DNA of 63,979 nt, counting the filler. It is 5 parts of 5 records of this genome, joined end to end, with 100 filler letters (N's around TTAATTAATTAA, not from the genome) between each part and the next. Parts side by side here need not be neighbours in the genome. Positions count along the whole stretch, not along the records: positions 12,090 to 25,714 come from SRR2962707_4695; positions 25,815 to 47,019 come from SRR2962707_4697; 3 more parts are not named here. One strand, written 5' to 3'. The position numbers and the translations under genes are program-made. Shown piece after piece: positions 20,492 through 31,394 of the stretch (positions are counted from its first letter, which is position 1; each line of letters starts with the position of its first letter). A model generated the notes under the pieces. It saw only the letters and a list, made by a program, of their open reading frames with translations, was not told the DNA's origin and ran no database searches.

Positions 20492-20567
20492 TTACCATTA
20501 ATTTAACCTTATAATTGAGGTATGGTTAATAATAAATTGATATTATTATATATTAACCATTTTTTAA
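20492..20567. promoter_or_regulatory. Cluster of CtrA-like boxes
   Basis: TTAC-N7-TTAACC (20492-20508), TTAACCAT half-site on minus strand (20522-20529), perfect TTAA-N7-TTAA (20553-20567). Confidence 0.6.
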
Positions 20568-20662
20568 GAATATGGTTTAAATTCCAACCTTGACCCGTGC
20601 CGTATTGCGGCTTTTAATCATGATATGAGCATCTAAAATTAGATAAAGTGGTAAATATCAAT

Positions 20663-21349
20663 ATGATAGGCGCGTTTGTTAAAGGCATTGACCAACTTGG
20701 GGACAAAGCGACCCGTAAATATTTATGGTTTTCAATCATTGCCGCACTGATCACATTTGCGGTGCTGTGGTCGGTCATCGGATGGGTCCTGACCGAAACC
20801 GCGATCTCCAGCATCGGCTGGCTTGAAGGCATTATTGACGTTTTGGGTGGTTTGGCGACGCTGGTCCTGACCTGGTTCCTGTTTCCGGCAACCGTCAGCG
20901 GTGTCATCGGCCTGTTTCTGGACCAGGTCGCCGAGTGTGTCGAAAAGCGTCATTATCCCCACCTCGGCCCGGCAAATGGGCAGTCCGTTGGCGAAGCCGT
21001 CATCATGTCGGCCAAATTTCTCGGCATCCTCGTCGCCTTGAACATTCTCATGCTCCCGTTCCTTTTTCTGGGACCGCTTTTCCCTTTTGTTTTCTATCTT
21101 GTGAACGGCTATCTTCTGGGTCGGGAGTATTTTGAACTGGTGGCGTCCAGACGGCTTCCACAGGCGGATGTGGCGGATATGCGCAAATCACGTCAGGGCA
21201 GCGTTCTGATGGTCGGTATTGTAATTGCCTTTGCGCTGACGATCCCTGTGGTAAACCTGCTGATGCCGGTTGTGGCCACTTCGGCCATGGTTCATCTGTT
21301 TGAAAAATGGCGCCCGGACAGTGGCGGACGTGCCGCGGTAAAAGTCTGA
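20663..21349 (+). CDS. EI24/CysZ-like membrane protein
   Basis: FLDQVAECVEKRHYP, NGYLLGREYFE, IPVVNLL.P. Confidence 0.85.
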   Translation: MIGAFVKGIDQLGDKATRKYLWFSIIAALITFAVLWSVIGWVLTETAISSIGWLEGIIDVLGGLATLVLTWFLFPATVSGVIGLFLDQVAECVEKRHYPHLGPANGQSVGEAVIMSAKFLGILVALNILMLPFLFLGPLFPFVFYLVNGYLLGREYFELVASRRLPQADVADMRKSRQGSVLMVGIVIAFALTIPVVNLLMPVVATSAMVHLFEKWRPDSGGRAAVKV

Positions 21350-21406
21350 GGCGCATTCTGAAGTTAAACGCGGTTTTTACAGCTGCATCAGTGGGGACTG
21401 ACATCT

Positions 21407-21997
21407 ATGTTCGGCAAGAAAAAAGACGAGGACGATCCAGCTAAGGCCCCGGGCAAACCGGACTCCCTGCCTTCGAGAATGGACGCAGGTGACGAGGCTG
21501 CGGGTGACGCCCCGCCGCTTAAGCCGTTTTCCAAGAAAGGCTCGCATGCCCCGGCCAAGCCGCCGTCTTCAAGCGCCCACATGCCCGATCTGCAACGCCG
21601 TGGCCCGGACCTGCCAAGCGCACCGGCACGCCGCATCGACCGGCCCCGCGTCAACGAAGTCGAAGGCCGGCGGCTCATCGTCGGTCGCGACATCCAGCTG
21701 AACGGCGAAATCACGTCCTGTGACAAACTGATCGTCGAAGGCCATGTCGAAGTGACCCTGCCGGGTGCCCGTGTTCTGGAAATATCCCCGAGCGGATTTT
21801 TCAAGGGTGCCGCCGAAGTTGACGAAGCAGATATCAGCGGCCGCTACGAAGGCGACCTCGTGGCACGTGAACGTCTCATCGTCCGGTCCGGCGGCCGTAT
21901 TCACGGTAAAGTCCGCTACGGCCGTATCGTTATCGAATCCGGGGGGGAAATCTCCGGCGACATGCAGACACTGTCCTCATCGGAAGGTGATGAATAA
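21407..21997 (+). CDS. Bactofilin (polymer-forming cytoskeletal protein)
   Basis: Pro-rich N-terminus, then beta-helix repeats LIVGRDIQLNGEI..LIVEG..ISGRYEGDL..IHGKV..GGEISG. Confidence 0.9.
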   Translation: MFGKKKDEDDPAKAPGKPDSLPSRMDAGDEAAGDAPPLKPFSKKGSHAPAKPPSSSAHMPDLQRRGPDLPSAPARRIDRPRVNEVEGRRLIVGRDIQLNGEITSCDKLIVEGHVEVTLPGARVLEISPSGFFKGAAEVDEADISGRYEGDLVARERLIVRSGGRIHGKVRYGRIVIESGGEISGDMQTLSSSEGDE

Positions 21998-22478
21998 CGT
22001 CTACGAACGTCGATTGCCGGCGTCCCGAATCAGCCTCCTGCCGGCATTGGTCCTGGTTATCGGATTCCTCGCCGGATGTGCGGCGACACCTGACACCGCA
22101 GCCCCTGCAGCATCGGAGCCTGCTTCGGCCGCCCAGAGCACGGCGCCGGAAACGGCGGCTGTCCCCACGCCGGCCCCCGAACCCGCAACACCGCCCGAGC
22201 CGGAGGTCAACGCCCCCGCGGCCGCCGAGATCATCGGCTGGAACACCGCCACCATCAACGAAACCTTTGGGAATGCGGGACTTGTGCGCCGCGATCTCGG
22301 CGCTGAAATCTGGCAGTACCGGACCCGTGACTGCGTGCTGTTGCTGTTCCTGTATCCGAAAGCGGAAGAAAACGGCACACCCCTGCGTGTCGATCATCTG
22401 CATGTCAGCGGCAACCCGGACAGTGCGGCCTGCCTGAAATCCGTCGTGCGCCGGCATCTCGGCCACGGCACGGGCTGA
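21990..22478 (+). CDS. Hypothetical lipoprotein
   Basis: Lipobox LAGC, Ala/Pro linker, FG....RRD..AEIWQYR...C.L.LFLY motif; overlaps bactofilin stop. Confidence 0.75.
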   Translation: MNNVYERRLPASRISLLPALVLVIGFLAGCAATPDTAAPAASEPASAAQSTAPETAAVPTPAPEPATPPEPEVNAPAAAEIIGWNTATINETFGNAGLVRRDLGAEIWQYRTRDCVLLLFLYPKAEENGTPLRVDHLHVSGNPDSAACLKSVVRRHLGHGTG

Positions 22479-22479
22479 G

Positions 22480-23118
22480 TCACGTAAGCGTCGTCTTCCC
22501 CTTGAAGGCACAAACATCGATCACGCGGCAATTCGGGCAATCCGGTTTGCGGGCCTTGCATACGTAGCGGCCCAGCAGAATCAGCCAGTGATGCGCGTGC
22601 AGGGCAAATTCCGCAGGCGTCGCCTTGAGCAGTTTCTTTTCCACGGCAAGCGGTGTCTTGCCGGGGGCCAGACCGGTCCGGTTGGAGACCCGGAAAATAT
22701 GCGTATCAACGGCGATTGTCGGCTCCCCGAAGGCGATATTCCGGACCACGTTCGCGGTTTTACGGCCGACACCCGGCAGCGCTTCAAGCGCCGCCTGGTC
22801 GTTCGGCACCACACTGCCGTGGCGTTCAATCAGCAACTGGCTCAGCGCGATGACGTTTTTGGCCTTGGTGTTATAGAGACCGATGGTCTTGATGTATTCC
22901 TTGAGACCGGCAAGGCCCAGCTTCACCATGGCTTCGGGTGTCTTGACCTTTTTGAACAGAGGTCGCGTCGCCTTGTTCACGCCGACATCGGTCGCCTGGG
23001 CCGATAGAGCGACGGCAACCAATAGGGTATACGGGTTCACATAATGGAGTTCGCCCACGGGTTCCGGATCGGCATCCCTGAGACGGCTGTAGAAGGTGAC
23101 AATATCGGCTTTTTTCAT
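22480..23118 (-). CDS. nth: Endonuclease III
   Basis: LSAQATD, HhH LPGVGRKTANV, VDTHIFRV, FeS motif CKARKPDCPNC..C. Confidence 0.97.
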   Translation of the reverse strand: MKKADIVTFYSRLRDADPEPVGELHYVNPYTLLVAVALSAQATDVGVNKATRPLFKKVKTPEAMVKLGLAGLKEYIKTIGLYNTKAKNVIALSQLLIERHGSVVPNDQAALEALPGVGRKTANVVRNIAFGEPTIAVDTHIFRVSNRTGLAPGKTPLAVEKKLLKATPAEFALHAHHWLILLGRYVCKARKPDCPNCRVIDVCAFKGKTTLT

Positions 23119-23194
23119 GATCTCTTATCCCGCATATCACGGGGCGAGAAAACCCGGTTGTTGCTTTTTGGTCAGAACGCCTAAAATAGAGCTT

Positions 23195-23725
23195 ATGAAT
23201 ACACGAGATCACCCTACGCAACTTGATCCCCCGGATCCAGATGATGAGATCATCCGTTTCTCCCGGGTTCTGCGTCCGCATCGCAGCTCGAGCGATCGAG
23301 CCGTCAAAATCGTTTCCCGGTTCGTGCTGTTTCTGTTTATTCCGACCGGGACCGCGTTTCTGATCGCCGGGGCGTGGCCGGTCTTCGGCCTGATGGGGCT
23401 GGAAGCGATCGCGCTGATTTTTGCGCTTCACTACAATCACAAAGTCGGCTCGGCATTCGAAGCGATTACCCTCACGGAGCGCGAGTTCCGTTTTTCCAAG
23501 GTCGATCACTGGGGCAAGCGCAAACACTGGACGTTTCAGCCACAATGGCTGCAGTTCCGCCTCGACGCGCCGTCACAGCAACTCATTGCCGGGACCCACG
23601 GCAAGCGGATCGTGATCGGCAAATTCCTCAATCTCGAGGAAAAGGAAGCGCTCTGTGATGTGTTGCAGCGCGAGGTGAAGCGGCTCGGTGATATCCGCCA
23701 CGCCGGCAGCGAAGCTACTTGTTGA
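23195..23725 (+). CDS. DUF2244 family membrane protein
   Basis: L.PHRS, GAWPVFG, IGKFL...EK; divergent from nth, a typical arrangement. Confidence 0.85.
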   Translation: MNTRDHPTQLDPPDPDDEIIRFSRVLRPHRSSSDRAVKIVSRFVLFLFIPTGTAFLIAGAWPVFGLMGLEAIALIFALHYNHKVGSAFEAITLTEREFRFSKVDHWGKRKHWTFQPQWLQFRLDAPSQQLIAGTHGKRIVIGKFLNLEEKEALCDVLQREVKRLGDIRHAGSEATC

Positions 23726-24518
23726 GCCCCAGCACGTCGCGCATGGAATAAAGGCCCGGCGCTTTGCCGTCCGTCCACAGCGCGGCGCGGATCGCGCCTT
23801 TGGCGAACAGACCGCGATCCCCTGCCTTATGCGAGATTTCAATGCGCTCGTCATCCGAGGCGAAAATCACCGAGTGATCACCGACTACCATCCCGCCCCG
23901 AAGCGTCGCGAAGCCGATGTTGCCGACGGTCCGCTCACCGGTATGCCCGTCACGGACCCGGTCCGAAACCTGGTCCAGATCGACGCCACGGCCCTTTGCC
24001 GCTGCATGACCGAGTGCCAGCGCGGTTCCGGAGGGCGCATCGACCTTGTGTCGATGATGCATTTCCAGAATTTCGATATCGAATTCGGGGCCGAGCATCG
24101 CCGCCGTCTGTTCGGCCAAGCCCAGCAGCACGTTGACGCCGACGGAATAATTGGCGGCCTGAACGATGGCCACGGATTTTGCGGCCTCTTCGATCTTTGC
24201 CTGGTCATCTGCGCTGAGGCCGGTCGTCCCCGGAATCAGCGCCGTCCCGGTGGCCGCCGCCAGCGCGGCATGATGCACAGTCGCGGCGGGCGCGGTGAAA
24301 TCGACAACGGCATCGGAGGCTTCGAACAGCGCTTCTGCATCAGAGATGATTTTGAGGCCTGAAGCCGGGAGCCCGGCCAGCACCGCCGGATCTTCACCGA
24401 CAGTGTCCGAATGCGCGGCTTCGGTCCCACCTGCAAGCTCGGCGCCCGGCGTTTCATGCACGGCCTTGACCAGCATCCGGCCCATACGCCCGGCACATCC
24501 GACAATTCCGATTTTCAT
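23715..24518 (-). CDS. dapB: 4-hydroxy-tetrahydrodipicolinate reductase
   Basis: GCAGRMG, EMHHRHKVDAPSGTA; GAGGAG RBS. Confidence 0.97.
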   Translation of the reverse strand: MKIGIVGCAGRMGRMLVKAVHETPGAELAGGTEAAHSDTVGEDPAVLAGLPASGLKIISDAEALFEASDAVVDFTAPAATVHHAALAAATGTALIPGTTGLSADDQAKIEEAAKSVAIVQAANYSVGVNVLLGLAEQTAAMLGPEFDIEILEMHHRHKVDAPSGTALALGHAAAKGRGVDLDQVSDRVRDGHTGERTVGNIGFATLRGGMVVGDHSVIFASDDERIEISHKAGDRGLFAKGAIRAALWTDGKAPGLYSMRDVLGLNK

Positions 24519-24651
24519 GACAGGTCTCCTCAACAGTCTGTTGAGCCGCATATTACGTTTTTCGTAACGCGTGTCACGCCCAACTCCAACGGGGCACGCC
24601 CGCTATCGCGAATCAAGGAATCGCTTCAAGGCGCGTCGCGCTGGCCGGTGC

Positions 24652-25714
24652 TTAATCCCTGAGGTCTTCCCAGAGTTCCTTGACCTTGTCGAGGAAGCCG
24701 GTGCTTTCCGGGCTGTGCTTTTTCGACGTCTTTTCGTCGCCGGAAAATTCCTTGAGCAGTTCTTTCTGCTTTTTCGTCAGGTTGACCGGCGTTTCGACGA
24801 AGATCTGCACGAACATGTCGCCGCGGCTTTCCGAACGCATCACCTTCATGCCCTTGCCGCGCAGACGCAGCTGGTGGCCGGTCGGCGTGCCTTCCGGGAT
24901 CGAGACGCGAAGCAGCTTGCCTTCGACCGTCGGCACTTCGATCTGTCCGCCCAAAGTCGCGGTCGCCATCGGTACCGGCACCCGGACATGAATGTCGGCG
25001 CCGTCCCGGCGGAAGAACCGGTGCGGCTTGATGCCGAGGAAAATATAAAGATCGCCCGCGGGGGCACCCCGAAGCCCGGCTTCGCCTTCGCCGGCAAGCC
25101 GGATCCGTGTGCCGTCTTCGACGCCAGCAGGGATATTTACGGCCAGAGTCTTTTCACGCTGCTTGCGCCCGGTCCCGGAACAGCCCCGGCAGGGGTCCTT
25201 GATGGTCTGACCCGTCCCCTGACACGTCGGGCATGTCCGCTCGACGGTGAAAAAGCCGGATTGCGAGCGCACCCGTCCGGCACCGCCGCAACTGCCGCAG
25301 GCAACCGGTGCCGCACCGTCCTTGCCGCCGGTCCCGGAACAATCGTCACAGACCACCGACGTCGGTACGCGGATATCCGTCTTGAGACCGTTGAAAGCGT
25401 CTTCGAGCGTGATTTCCATATTGTAGCGCAGGTCCGAGCCCCGACCGGCACCGGCCCGCTGGCCACCGCCACCGCGACCGCCCATGAAGTCGCCGAACAT
25501 TTCTTCGAAGATATCGGCAAAACCGCCGGCCCCGGCACCACCGGCACCAAAGCCGCCCGGACCGGGTCCGCCGCCTTCGAACGCGGCGTGGCCGAAGCGG
25601 TCATAAGCGGCACGTTTTTCGGCGTCCTTGAGAACCTCGTAGGCCTCGTTGACTTCCTTGAAGTTCTTTTCAGCCTCGGCATCATCCGGATTGCGGTCCG
25701 GGTGATACTGCATG
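24652..25714 (-). CDS. dnaJ: Chaperone DnaJ (5' truncated)
   Basis: HPD, G/F region, four CxxCxGxG repeats. Confidence 0.97.
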
Positions 25715-25814
25715 NNNNNNNNNNNNNNNNNNNNNNNNNNNNNNNNNNNNNNNNNNNNTTAATTAATTAANNNNNNNNNNNNNNNNNNNNNNNNNNNNNN
25801 NNNNNNNNNNNNNN
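25715..25814. other. Artificial contig linker
   Basis: N-run/TTAATTAATTAA/N-run. Confidence 0.98.
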
Positions 25815-25935
25815 AGGAGCAACCGCCCCGGAAACTCTCAGGCAAAAGGACCAACGGAATATTCGGACTCTGGAGAATGGCGCTTGTCGCGTCTGCCGAA
25901 GGGATAACAATCTCAGGCAAAAGGACAGAGGGGGC
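25815..25935 (+). ncRNA. Tandem glycine riboswitch (first aptamer 5' truncated)
   Basis: Two TCTCAGGCAAAAGGAC motifs; CTCTGGAGA..GCCGAAGG..CAGAG; directly upstream of gcvT. Confidence 0.92.
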
Positions 25936-26009
25936 TATTCGAAAGCGTTCAACGCTTGACGATTGGCCCGTGCGCGGTTGAAACCGGCACCTGAGATGGA
26001 GACTGCAGC

Positions 26010-27149
26010 GTGGACACCACAGCTGACCTTCTGAAAACGCCCCTACACTCCCTGCACCTTGAACTTGGCGCGCGCATGGCCGGATTTGCCGGTTACGACA
26101 TGCCGATCCAATACCCGATGGGCGTCATGCAGGAACACCTGCACACCCGCGCCAATGCCGGTCTGTTTGATGTCTCGCATATGGGGCAGATCCTGATCCG
26201 CGCCAAAAGCGGCAATCTGCGCGATGCAGCCCTTGCGCTGGAAAAGATCACGCCGGTTGATGTGGCCGATCTGAAACCCGGACGCCAGCGCTACGGGCTG
26301 TTCACCAATGATCAGGGCGGGCTGGAAGACGATTTCATGGTCGCCAACCGGGGTGATCATCTCTACCTGGTGGTCAATGCGGCCTGCAAGCATGACGACC
26401 TGGCCCGCATCAAGGCAGCACTTTCGGACACTTGCGAGATCGAAGCACAGTTCGACCGGGGGCTGATCGCCCTGCAGGGACCGGCTGCCGAAGGCGTGCT
26501 TTCGTCCTACGCCCCGGATGCCGAAGACATGATGTTCATGGATGTTGCAGAGCTTGAAATCGCCGGTGTTCCCGTTGTCGTCTCGCGCTCGGGCTACACC
26601 GGTGAAGACGGCTACGAAATCTCGCTTCCCGCCGACGAGACCGACCGCATCGCAAGATTGCTGCTCGCAGATGACCATGTCGCGCCGATCGGGCTTGGCG
26701 CGCGGGATTCGCTCAGGCTGGAAGCCGGGCTCTGCCTCTATGGCAATGACATTGATGAAACCACGACACCCGTCCAAGCCAATCTGAAATGGGCGATCCA
26801 GAAGGTCCGCCGCACCGGTGGCGCCCGCGAAGGCGGTTTCCGCGGCGCGGAGGTCATCCTCGGTCAGTTCGACAACGGCGTGAGCCGCGTCCGGGTTGGT
26901 CTGCAGCCTGCCGGCAAGGCGCCGGTTCGCGCCGGCGCTCAGCTTTTTGCGCATGAGGCTGGCGGCGAGGCTATCGGCACCGTCACCTCGGGCGGATTTG
27001 GCCCCAGCGCGGGCGGGCCCGTGGCCATCGGCTATGTGCCTTCAGACCTCGCCGCCCCCGGCTCCAAGATCTATGCGGAAGTGCGCGGCAAACGGCTTGA
27101 AATGGCCGTCGCCGCCCTGCCCTTCGTCCCTTCCACCTACAAACGTTAA
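26010..27149 (+). CDS. gcvT: Glycine cleavage aminomethyltransferase T
   Basis: [41 protein letters not shown]. Confidence 0.97.
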   Translation: MDTTADLLKTPLHSLHLELGARMAGFAGYDMPIQYPMGVMQEHLHTRANAGLFDVSHMGQILIRAKSGNLRDAALALEKITPVDVADLKPGRQRYGLFTNDQGGLEDDFMVANRGDHLYLVVNAACKHDDLARIKAALSDTCEIEAQFDRGLIALQGPAAEGVLSSYAPDAEDMMFMDVAELEIAGVPVVVSRSGYTGEDGYEISLPADETDRIARLLLADDHVAPIGLGARDSLRLEAGLCLYGNDIDETTTPVQANLKWAIQKVRRTGGAREGGFRGAEVILGQFDNGVSRVRVGLQPAGKAPVRAGAQLFAHEAGGEAIGTVTSGGFGPSAGGPVAIGYVPSDLAAPGSKIYAEVRGKRLEMAVAALPFVPSTYKR

Positions 27150-27169
27150 GTCAAGACAGGAACAGCCCC

Positions 27170-27532
27170 ATGCTCAAATTCACCGAAGACCACGAATGGC
27201 TCAAGATCGAGGGCGACGTCGCCACTGTCGGCATCACCGAACATGCGGCTGAACAGCTTGGCGATCTGGTGTTCGTCGAATTGCCTGAAGTCGGCGCCAA
27301 GCTCGACAAGGGTGGTGAAGCCTCAACCGTGGAATCGGTCAAGGCGGCCTCGGATGTCTATTGCCCGCTCGCAGGCGAGATCGTCGCAGTCAACCAGGCC
27401 ATTGCCGACGATCCGTCGCTGGTCAATTCCGACCCGACAGGTGCTGGGTGGTTCTTCAAGCTCAAGCTCGCTGACGCGGGTGCCGCCAACGAGCTGATGG
27501 ATGAAACCGCCTACAAAACAATGATCGGCTGA
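27170..27532 (+). CDS. gcvH: Glycine cleavage H protein
   Basis: FTEDHEW, lipoyl site VESVKAASD. Confidence 0.97.
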   Translation: MLKFTEDHEWLKIEGDVATVGITEHAAEQLGDLVFVELPEVGAKLDKGGEASTVESVKAASDVYCPLAGEIVAVNQAIADDPSLVNSDPTGAGWFFKLKLADAGAANELMDETAYKTMIG

Positions 27533-27540
27533 GATCTTCC

Positions 27541-30393
27541 ATGACCATCAAACTGACCGACTACAATCCTTATGACTTCGCCAACCGCCGCCACATCGGC
27601 CCGTCGCCGGCGGAAATCTCCGATATGCTCGAAGTGGTCGGGGCTTCCTCGCTGGATGCGCTGATCGACGAGACCGTACCCGGCTCGATCCGCCAGACAG
27701 CGCCTTTGGCGTTCGGCGACCCGATGAGCGAACGCGAGGTGCTTGATCATCTCCGCGCCACGGCGAACAAGAACAAGGTGATGGTCTCACTGATCGGTCA
27801 GGGTTATCACGGCACCATCATGCCGCCGGTGATCCAGCGGTGCATCCTCGAAAACCCGGCCTGGTACACGGCCTATACGCCCTACCAGCCGGAAATCAGC
27901 CAGGGACGGCTGGAAGCGCTCCTGAACTTCCAGACCATGGTCGCCGATCTCACCGGTCTCGACATCGCCAATGCATCACTGCTGGACGAGGCAACGGCTG
28001 CGGCTGAAGCCATGGCAATGGCCGAGCGGGCCTCGAAGTCCAAGCAAACCGCGTTCTTCGTCGATCATCACTGCCACCCGCAGACCATAGACGTGATCCG
28101 CACCCGTGCAGAACCTCTCGGCTGGGAAATCATCATCGGTGATCCGTTCACCGAACTTGATCCGGCGGCTGTGTTCGGGGCAATCTTTCAGTATCCCGGC
28201 ACCTTTGGCCATGTGCAGGATTTCACCGATGTGATCACCAAGCTGCATGCGCAAAAGGCGATTGCCGTTGTCGCAGCCGATCCGCTGTCGCTGACGCTGT
28301 TGAAATCGCCGGGTGAAATGGGCGCAGATATTGCCATCGGCTCAATGCAGCGCTTCGGCGTTCCGGTCGGCTATGGCGGTCCGCATGCGGCCTATATGGC
28401 CGTGAAAGACGCTTACAAGCGCTCGATGCCCGGCCGTCTGGTTGGCGTCACCGTCGATACGCGCGGTAACCAGGCCTACCGGCTGGCGCTGCAGACCCGC
28501 GAACAGCACATCCGCCGCGAGAAGGCGACGTCGAACATCTGCACCGCACAAGTTCTGCTCGCCGTCATCGCCTCAATGTATGCGGTGTTCCACGGACCGG
28601 TTGGATTGAAAGCCATTGCCGGCAGGGTCCACATCAAGGCCGCAACGCTGGCCGCTGGCCTCAAGCAGCTCGATTTCATCATCGATCCGGCGATCTTCTT
28701 CGACACCGTGACCGTGTTCGCCGAAGGCCATCAGGCCGAGATCCTCGAAGCGGCGCGGCGCGAAGGCATCAATCTGCGCAAGGTCGGCGATGACCGCATC
28801 GGCATCGCGCTGGACGAAGTCTCGCGTCCCGAAACCGTGGAAGCCGTCTGGCGGGCATTTGGCGGCAACCTCAAGTTCAAGGATTTGCTCGCCGAACCGG
28901 TCATCCCGGATCCGATGGGGCGTCACTCGCGCTATCTCGAGCATCCGATCTTCCACATGAACCGCGCCGAAAGCGAGATGACCCGCTACATAAGACGGCT
29001 GTCGGACAAGGATCTGGCGCTCGACCGGACCATGATCCCGCTCGGCTCATGCACCATGAAGCTCAATGCGACGGCGGAAATGCTGTCCATCACCTGGCCG
29101 GAATTTGCCGACATTCATCCGTTCGCACCAGCTGATCAAGCGCTCGGCTACAAGCAGATGATCGACGATCTGTCGGACAAGCTGTGCCAGATCACCGGCT
29201 ATGACGCGATCTCGATGCAGCCCAATTCCGGCGCACAGGGCGAATATGCCGGGCTGATGGCGATCCGCGGCTTTCACCGCGCCAATGGCGATACCCACCG
29301 GCATGTCTGCCTGATCCCGACTTCGGCGCACGGCACCAACCCGGCATCCGCCCAGATGGCGGGGATGACGGTCGTTGCCGTCGGCACCCGCGAAAATGGC
29401 GACATCGATCTCGATGATTTCCGGGCCAAGGCGGAACTGCATTCCGACAATCTCGCTGCCTGCATGATCACCTATCCGTCCACCCATGGGGTGTTTGAGG
29501 AGACGGCGGCGGAAGTCTGTGCCATCACTCACAAGCACGGTGGTCAGGTCTATCTCGACGGCGCCAACCTCAATGCGCTGGTCGGGCTTGCGCGGCCGGG
29601 CGACATTGGAGCGGATGTCAGCCATCTCAATCTGCACAAGACCTTCTGCATTCCGCATGGCGGCGGTGGTCCCGGCATGGGGCCGATCGGGGTCAAGGCG
29701 CACCTGACGCCGCATCTGCCGGGCCATTGCGTCACCGACGGCAAGCCCGGCGCAGTATCAGCAGCACCTTTCGGCTCGGCATCGATCCTGCCGATCTCCT
29801 GGGCCTACTGCCTGATGATGGGTGGCGAAGGCCTGACCCAGGCAACCAGGATCGCAATCCTGAACGCCAACTACATCGCGGCACGGCTGAAGGGCGCTTA
29901 CGACATACTCTACACCTCGTCCAAAGGACGGGTGGCGCATGAATGCATCCTCGACACACGGCCACTTGTCGCCAGTGCAGGCGTTACCGTCGACGACGTT
30001 GCCAAGCGGCTGATCGATTGCGGCTTCCACGCGCCGACCATGAGCTGGCCGGTGGCCGGAACACTGATGATCGAACCGACGGAATCTGAAGTGAAGGCCG
30101 AGCTTGACCGGTTCTGCGCGGCGATGCTGGCGATCCGTGACGAAGCTTGGGCTATCGAGGACGGACGGCTCGACCGGGAAAACAACCCGCTGAAGAACGC
30201 GCCACATACGATCGAGGATCTGGTCGGCCCATGGAACCGGCCTTACGATCGCGAATCTGCCTGCTTCCCGGCCGGCGCGATGCGCAACGCCAAATATTTC
30301 GCCCCGGTCAACCGGGTCGACAATGTCTATGGCGACAGACATCTGGTCTGCTCCTGCCCGCCGATGTCGGAGTACACCGACGCGGCAGAATAG
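27541..30393 (+). CDS. gcvP: Glycine dehydrogenase (P protein)
   Basis: [39 protein letters not shown]. Confidence 0.98.
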   Translation: MTIKLTDYNPYDFANRRHIGPSPAEISDMLEVVGASSLDALIDETVPGSIRQTAPLAFGDPMSEREVLDHLRATANKNKVMVSLIGQGYHGTIMPPVIQRCILENPAWYTAYTPYQPEISQGRLEALLNFQTMVADLTGLDIANASLLDEATAAAEAMAMAERASKSKQTAFFVDHHCHPQTIDVIRTRAEPLGWEIIIGDPFTELDPAAVFGAIFQYPGTFGHVQDFTDVITKLHAQKAIAVVAADPLSLTLLKSPGEMGADIAIGSMQRFGVPVGYGGPHAAYMAVKDAYKRSMPGRLVGVTVDTRGNQAYRLALQTREQHIRREKATSNICTAQVLLAVIASMYAVFHGPVGLKAIAGRVHIKAATLAAGLKQLDFIIDPAIFFDTVTVFAEGHQAEILEAARREGINLRKVGDDRIGIALDEVSRPETVEAVWRAFGGNLKFKDLLAEPVIPDPMGRHSRYLEHPIFHMNRAESEMTRYIRRLSDKDLALDRTMIPLGSCTMKLNATAEMLSITWPEFADIHPFAPADQALGYKQMIDDLSDKLCQITGYDAISMQPNSGAQGEYAGLMAIRGFHRANGDTHRHVCLIPTSAHGTNPASAQMAGMTVVAVGTRENGDIDLDDFRAKAELHSDNLAACMITYPSTHGVFEETAAEVCAITHKHGGQVYLDGANLNALVGLARPGDIGADVSHLNLHKTFCIPHGGGGPGMGPIGVKAHLTPHLPGHCVTDGKPGAVSAAPFGSASILPISWAYCLMMGGEGLTQATRIAILNANYIAARLKGAYDILYTSSKGRVAHECILDTRPLVASAGVTVDDVAKRLIDCGFHAPTMSWPVAGTLMIEPTESEVKAELDRFCAAMLAIRDEAWAIEDGRLDRENNPLKNAPHTIEDLVGPWNRPYDRESACFPAGAMRNAKYFAPVNRVDNVYGDRHLVCSCPPMSEYTDAAE

Positions 30394-30412
30394 GCCGGCT
30401 GCAAGACATCAG

Positions 30413-30438
30413 GAGGCGGCGTCAGGGCCGCCTCTTTT
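30413..30438 (+). terminator. Rho-independent terminator of the gcv operon
   Basis: GAGGCGGC-gtcagg-GCCGCCTC-TTTT. Confidence 0.8.
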
Positions 30439-30447
30439 GCATGCGTT

Positions 30448-31389
30448 TCAGGAACCACCTGGCAATGGCACCGTCAGTGCTTGCCGCTTCACCGTCGAGC
30501 TCGATGGAACCTCGGGAACCATGCCGGGCGTGTCAGGCTGGACGCTGGCATAGACTTGCAGCTCACTGGGCTTGAGCACCTTGGGAGCATTGCCAACCGG
30601 ACTCTCGACAGTAGCTACCGCCGGCTTTGCCGCTGACTTCGCGACGGTTTTGCCCGGTTGTGCAACCGGACGTGCTGACACGACGACACTGGGCACGACA
30701 CTGGGGATGGCCGGACGCGTGGACACACCGGAGCCTTCTGCAAAACGCAACATTTCAAGCGTTGTCGCGGAGACTTCGCGCACTTTCAAACCGCTCATCA
30801 ACGACACCAGTGCGGCCTCGCTCAAGGACGGGTGGCAGTAACGCAGTCTCAGCTTTGCCGCATACCGCGAGCGGCCCAGCCCGCTCAGGCCTGTCTGGTC
30901 CGAGCGGCTTATGTCCTGGGCGATCTGCCAGGCGAAAATGCAGGCGCCTGCGTCGGCAGTCCGACCGATGGCGTATCCGAATGCACCTTGCTGGTTCTGG
31001 CCCGGAGCCGGCGCGATGGCCATGGCAATGCCTGGCAGTGCCGCGCGCATTTCACTGACGATGTCGCGACTGGTCGGAGCCTGATAAAATGATTTGCCAG
31101 CTGACGGTGGTGCGATCGACACCGACAGGCTGTTTTCACCCGCTGCATAGCCCGGATTGGGATAAAGTATGGTCTGGAACACCTGCTCCGGCCTTGAGGA
31201 CTGCCGGACAGCTTCAATGCCTCCCGCGACCTGCGGCAGGTAGGCTGCGGCATATTCCGGGGCAACATCGGCGATCAATGCCGGGCCAACAGGTCTGACA
31301 GAACCGGTCGAAATCGTCGGGTCAATCCCGGACACGCATCCGGAGGCGAAAAGCACGAGGGCCGGAATGGCCATGAAACGCAGGATCAT
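30448..31389 (-). CDS. bcsN: Cellulose biosynthesis lipoprotein BcsN
   Basis: Lipobox ASGC; GENSL, QN..GAFGYA, CIFAWQ, LRLRYC; last gene of the bcs operon. Confidence 0.82.
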   Translation of the reverse strand: MILRFMAIPALVLFASGCVSGIDPTISTGSVRPVGPALIADVAPEYAAAYLPQVAGGIEAVRQSSRPEQVFQTILYPNPGYAAGENSLSVSIAPPSAGKSFYQAPTSRDIVSEMRAALPGIAMAIAPAPGQNQQGAFGYAIGRTADAGACIFAWQIAQDISRSDQTGLSGLGRSRYAAKLRLRYCHPSLSEAALVSLMSGLKVREVSATTLEMLRFAEGSGVSTRPAIPSVVPSVVVSARPVAQPGKTVAKSAAKPAVATVESPVGNAPKVLKPSELQVYASVQPDTPGMVPEVPSSSTVKRQALTVPLPGGS

Positions 31390-31394
31390 GGAAT

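Noticed and set aside
21364..21380. CtrA box upstream of bactofilin
   Set aside because: Only one TTAA half-site; the second half does not match at N7 spacing
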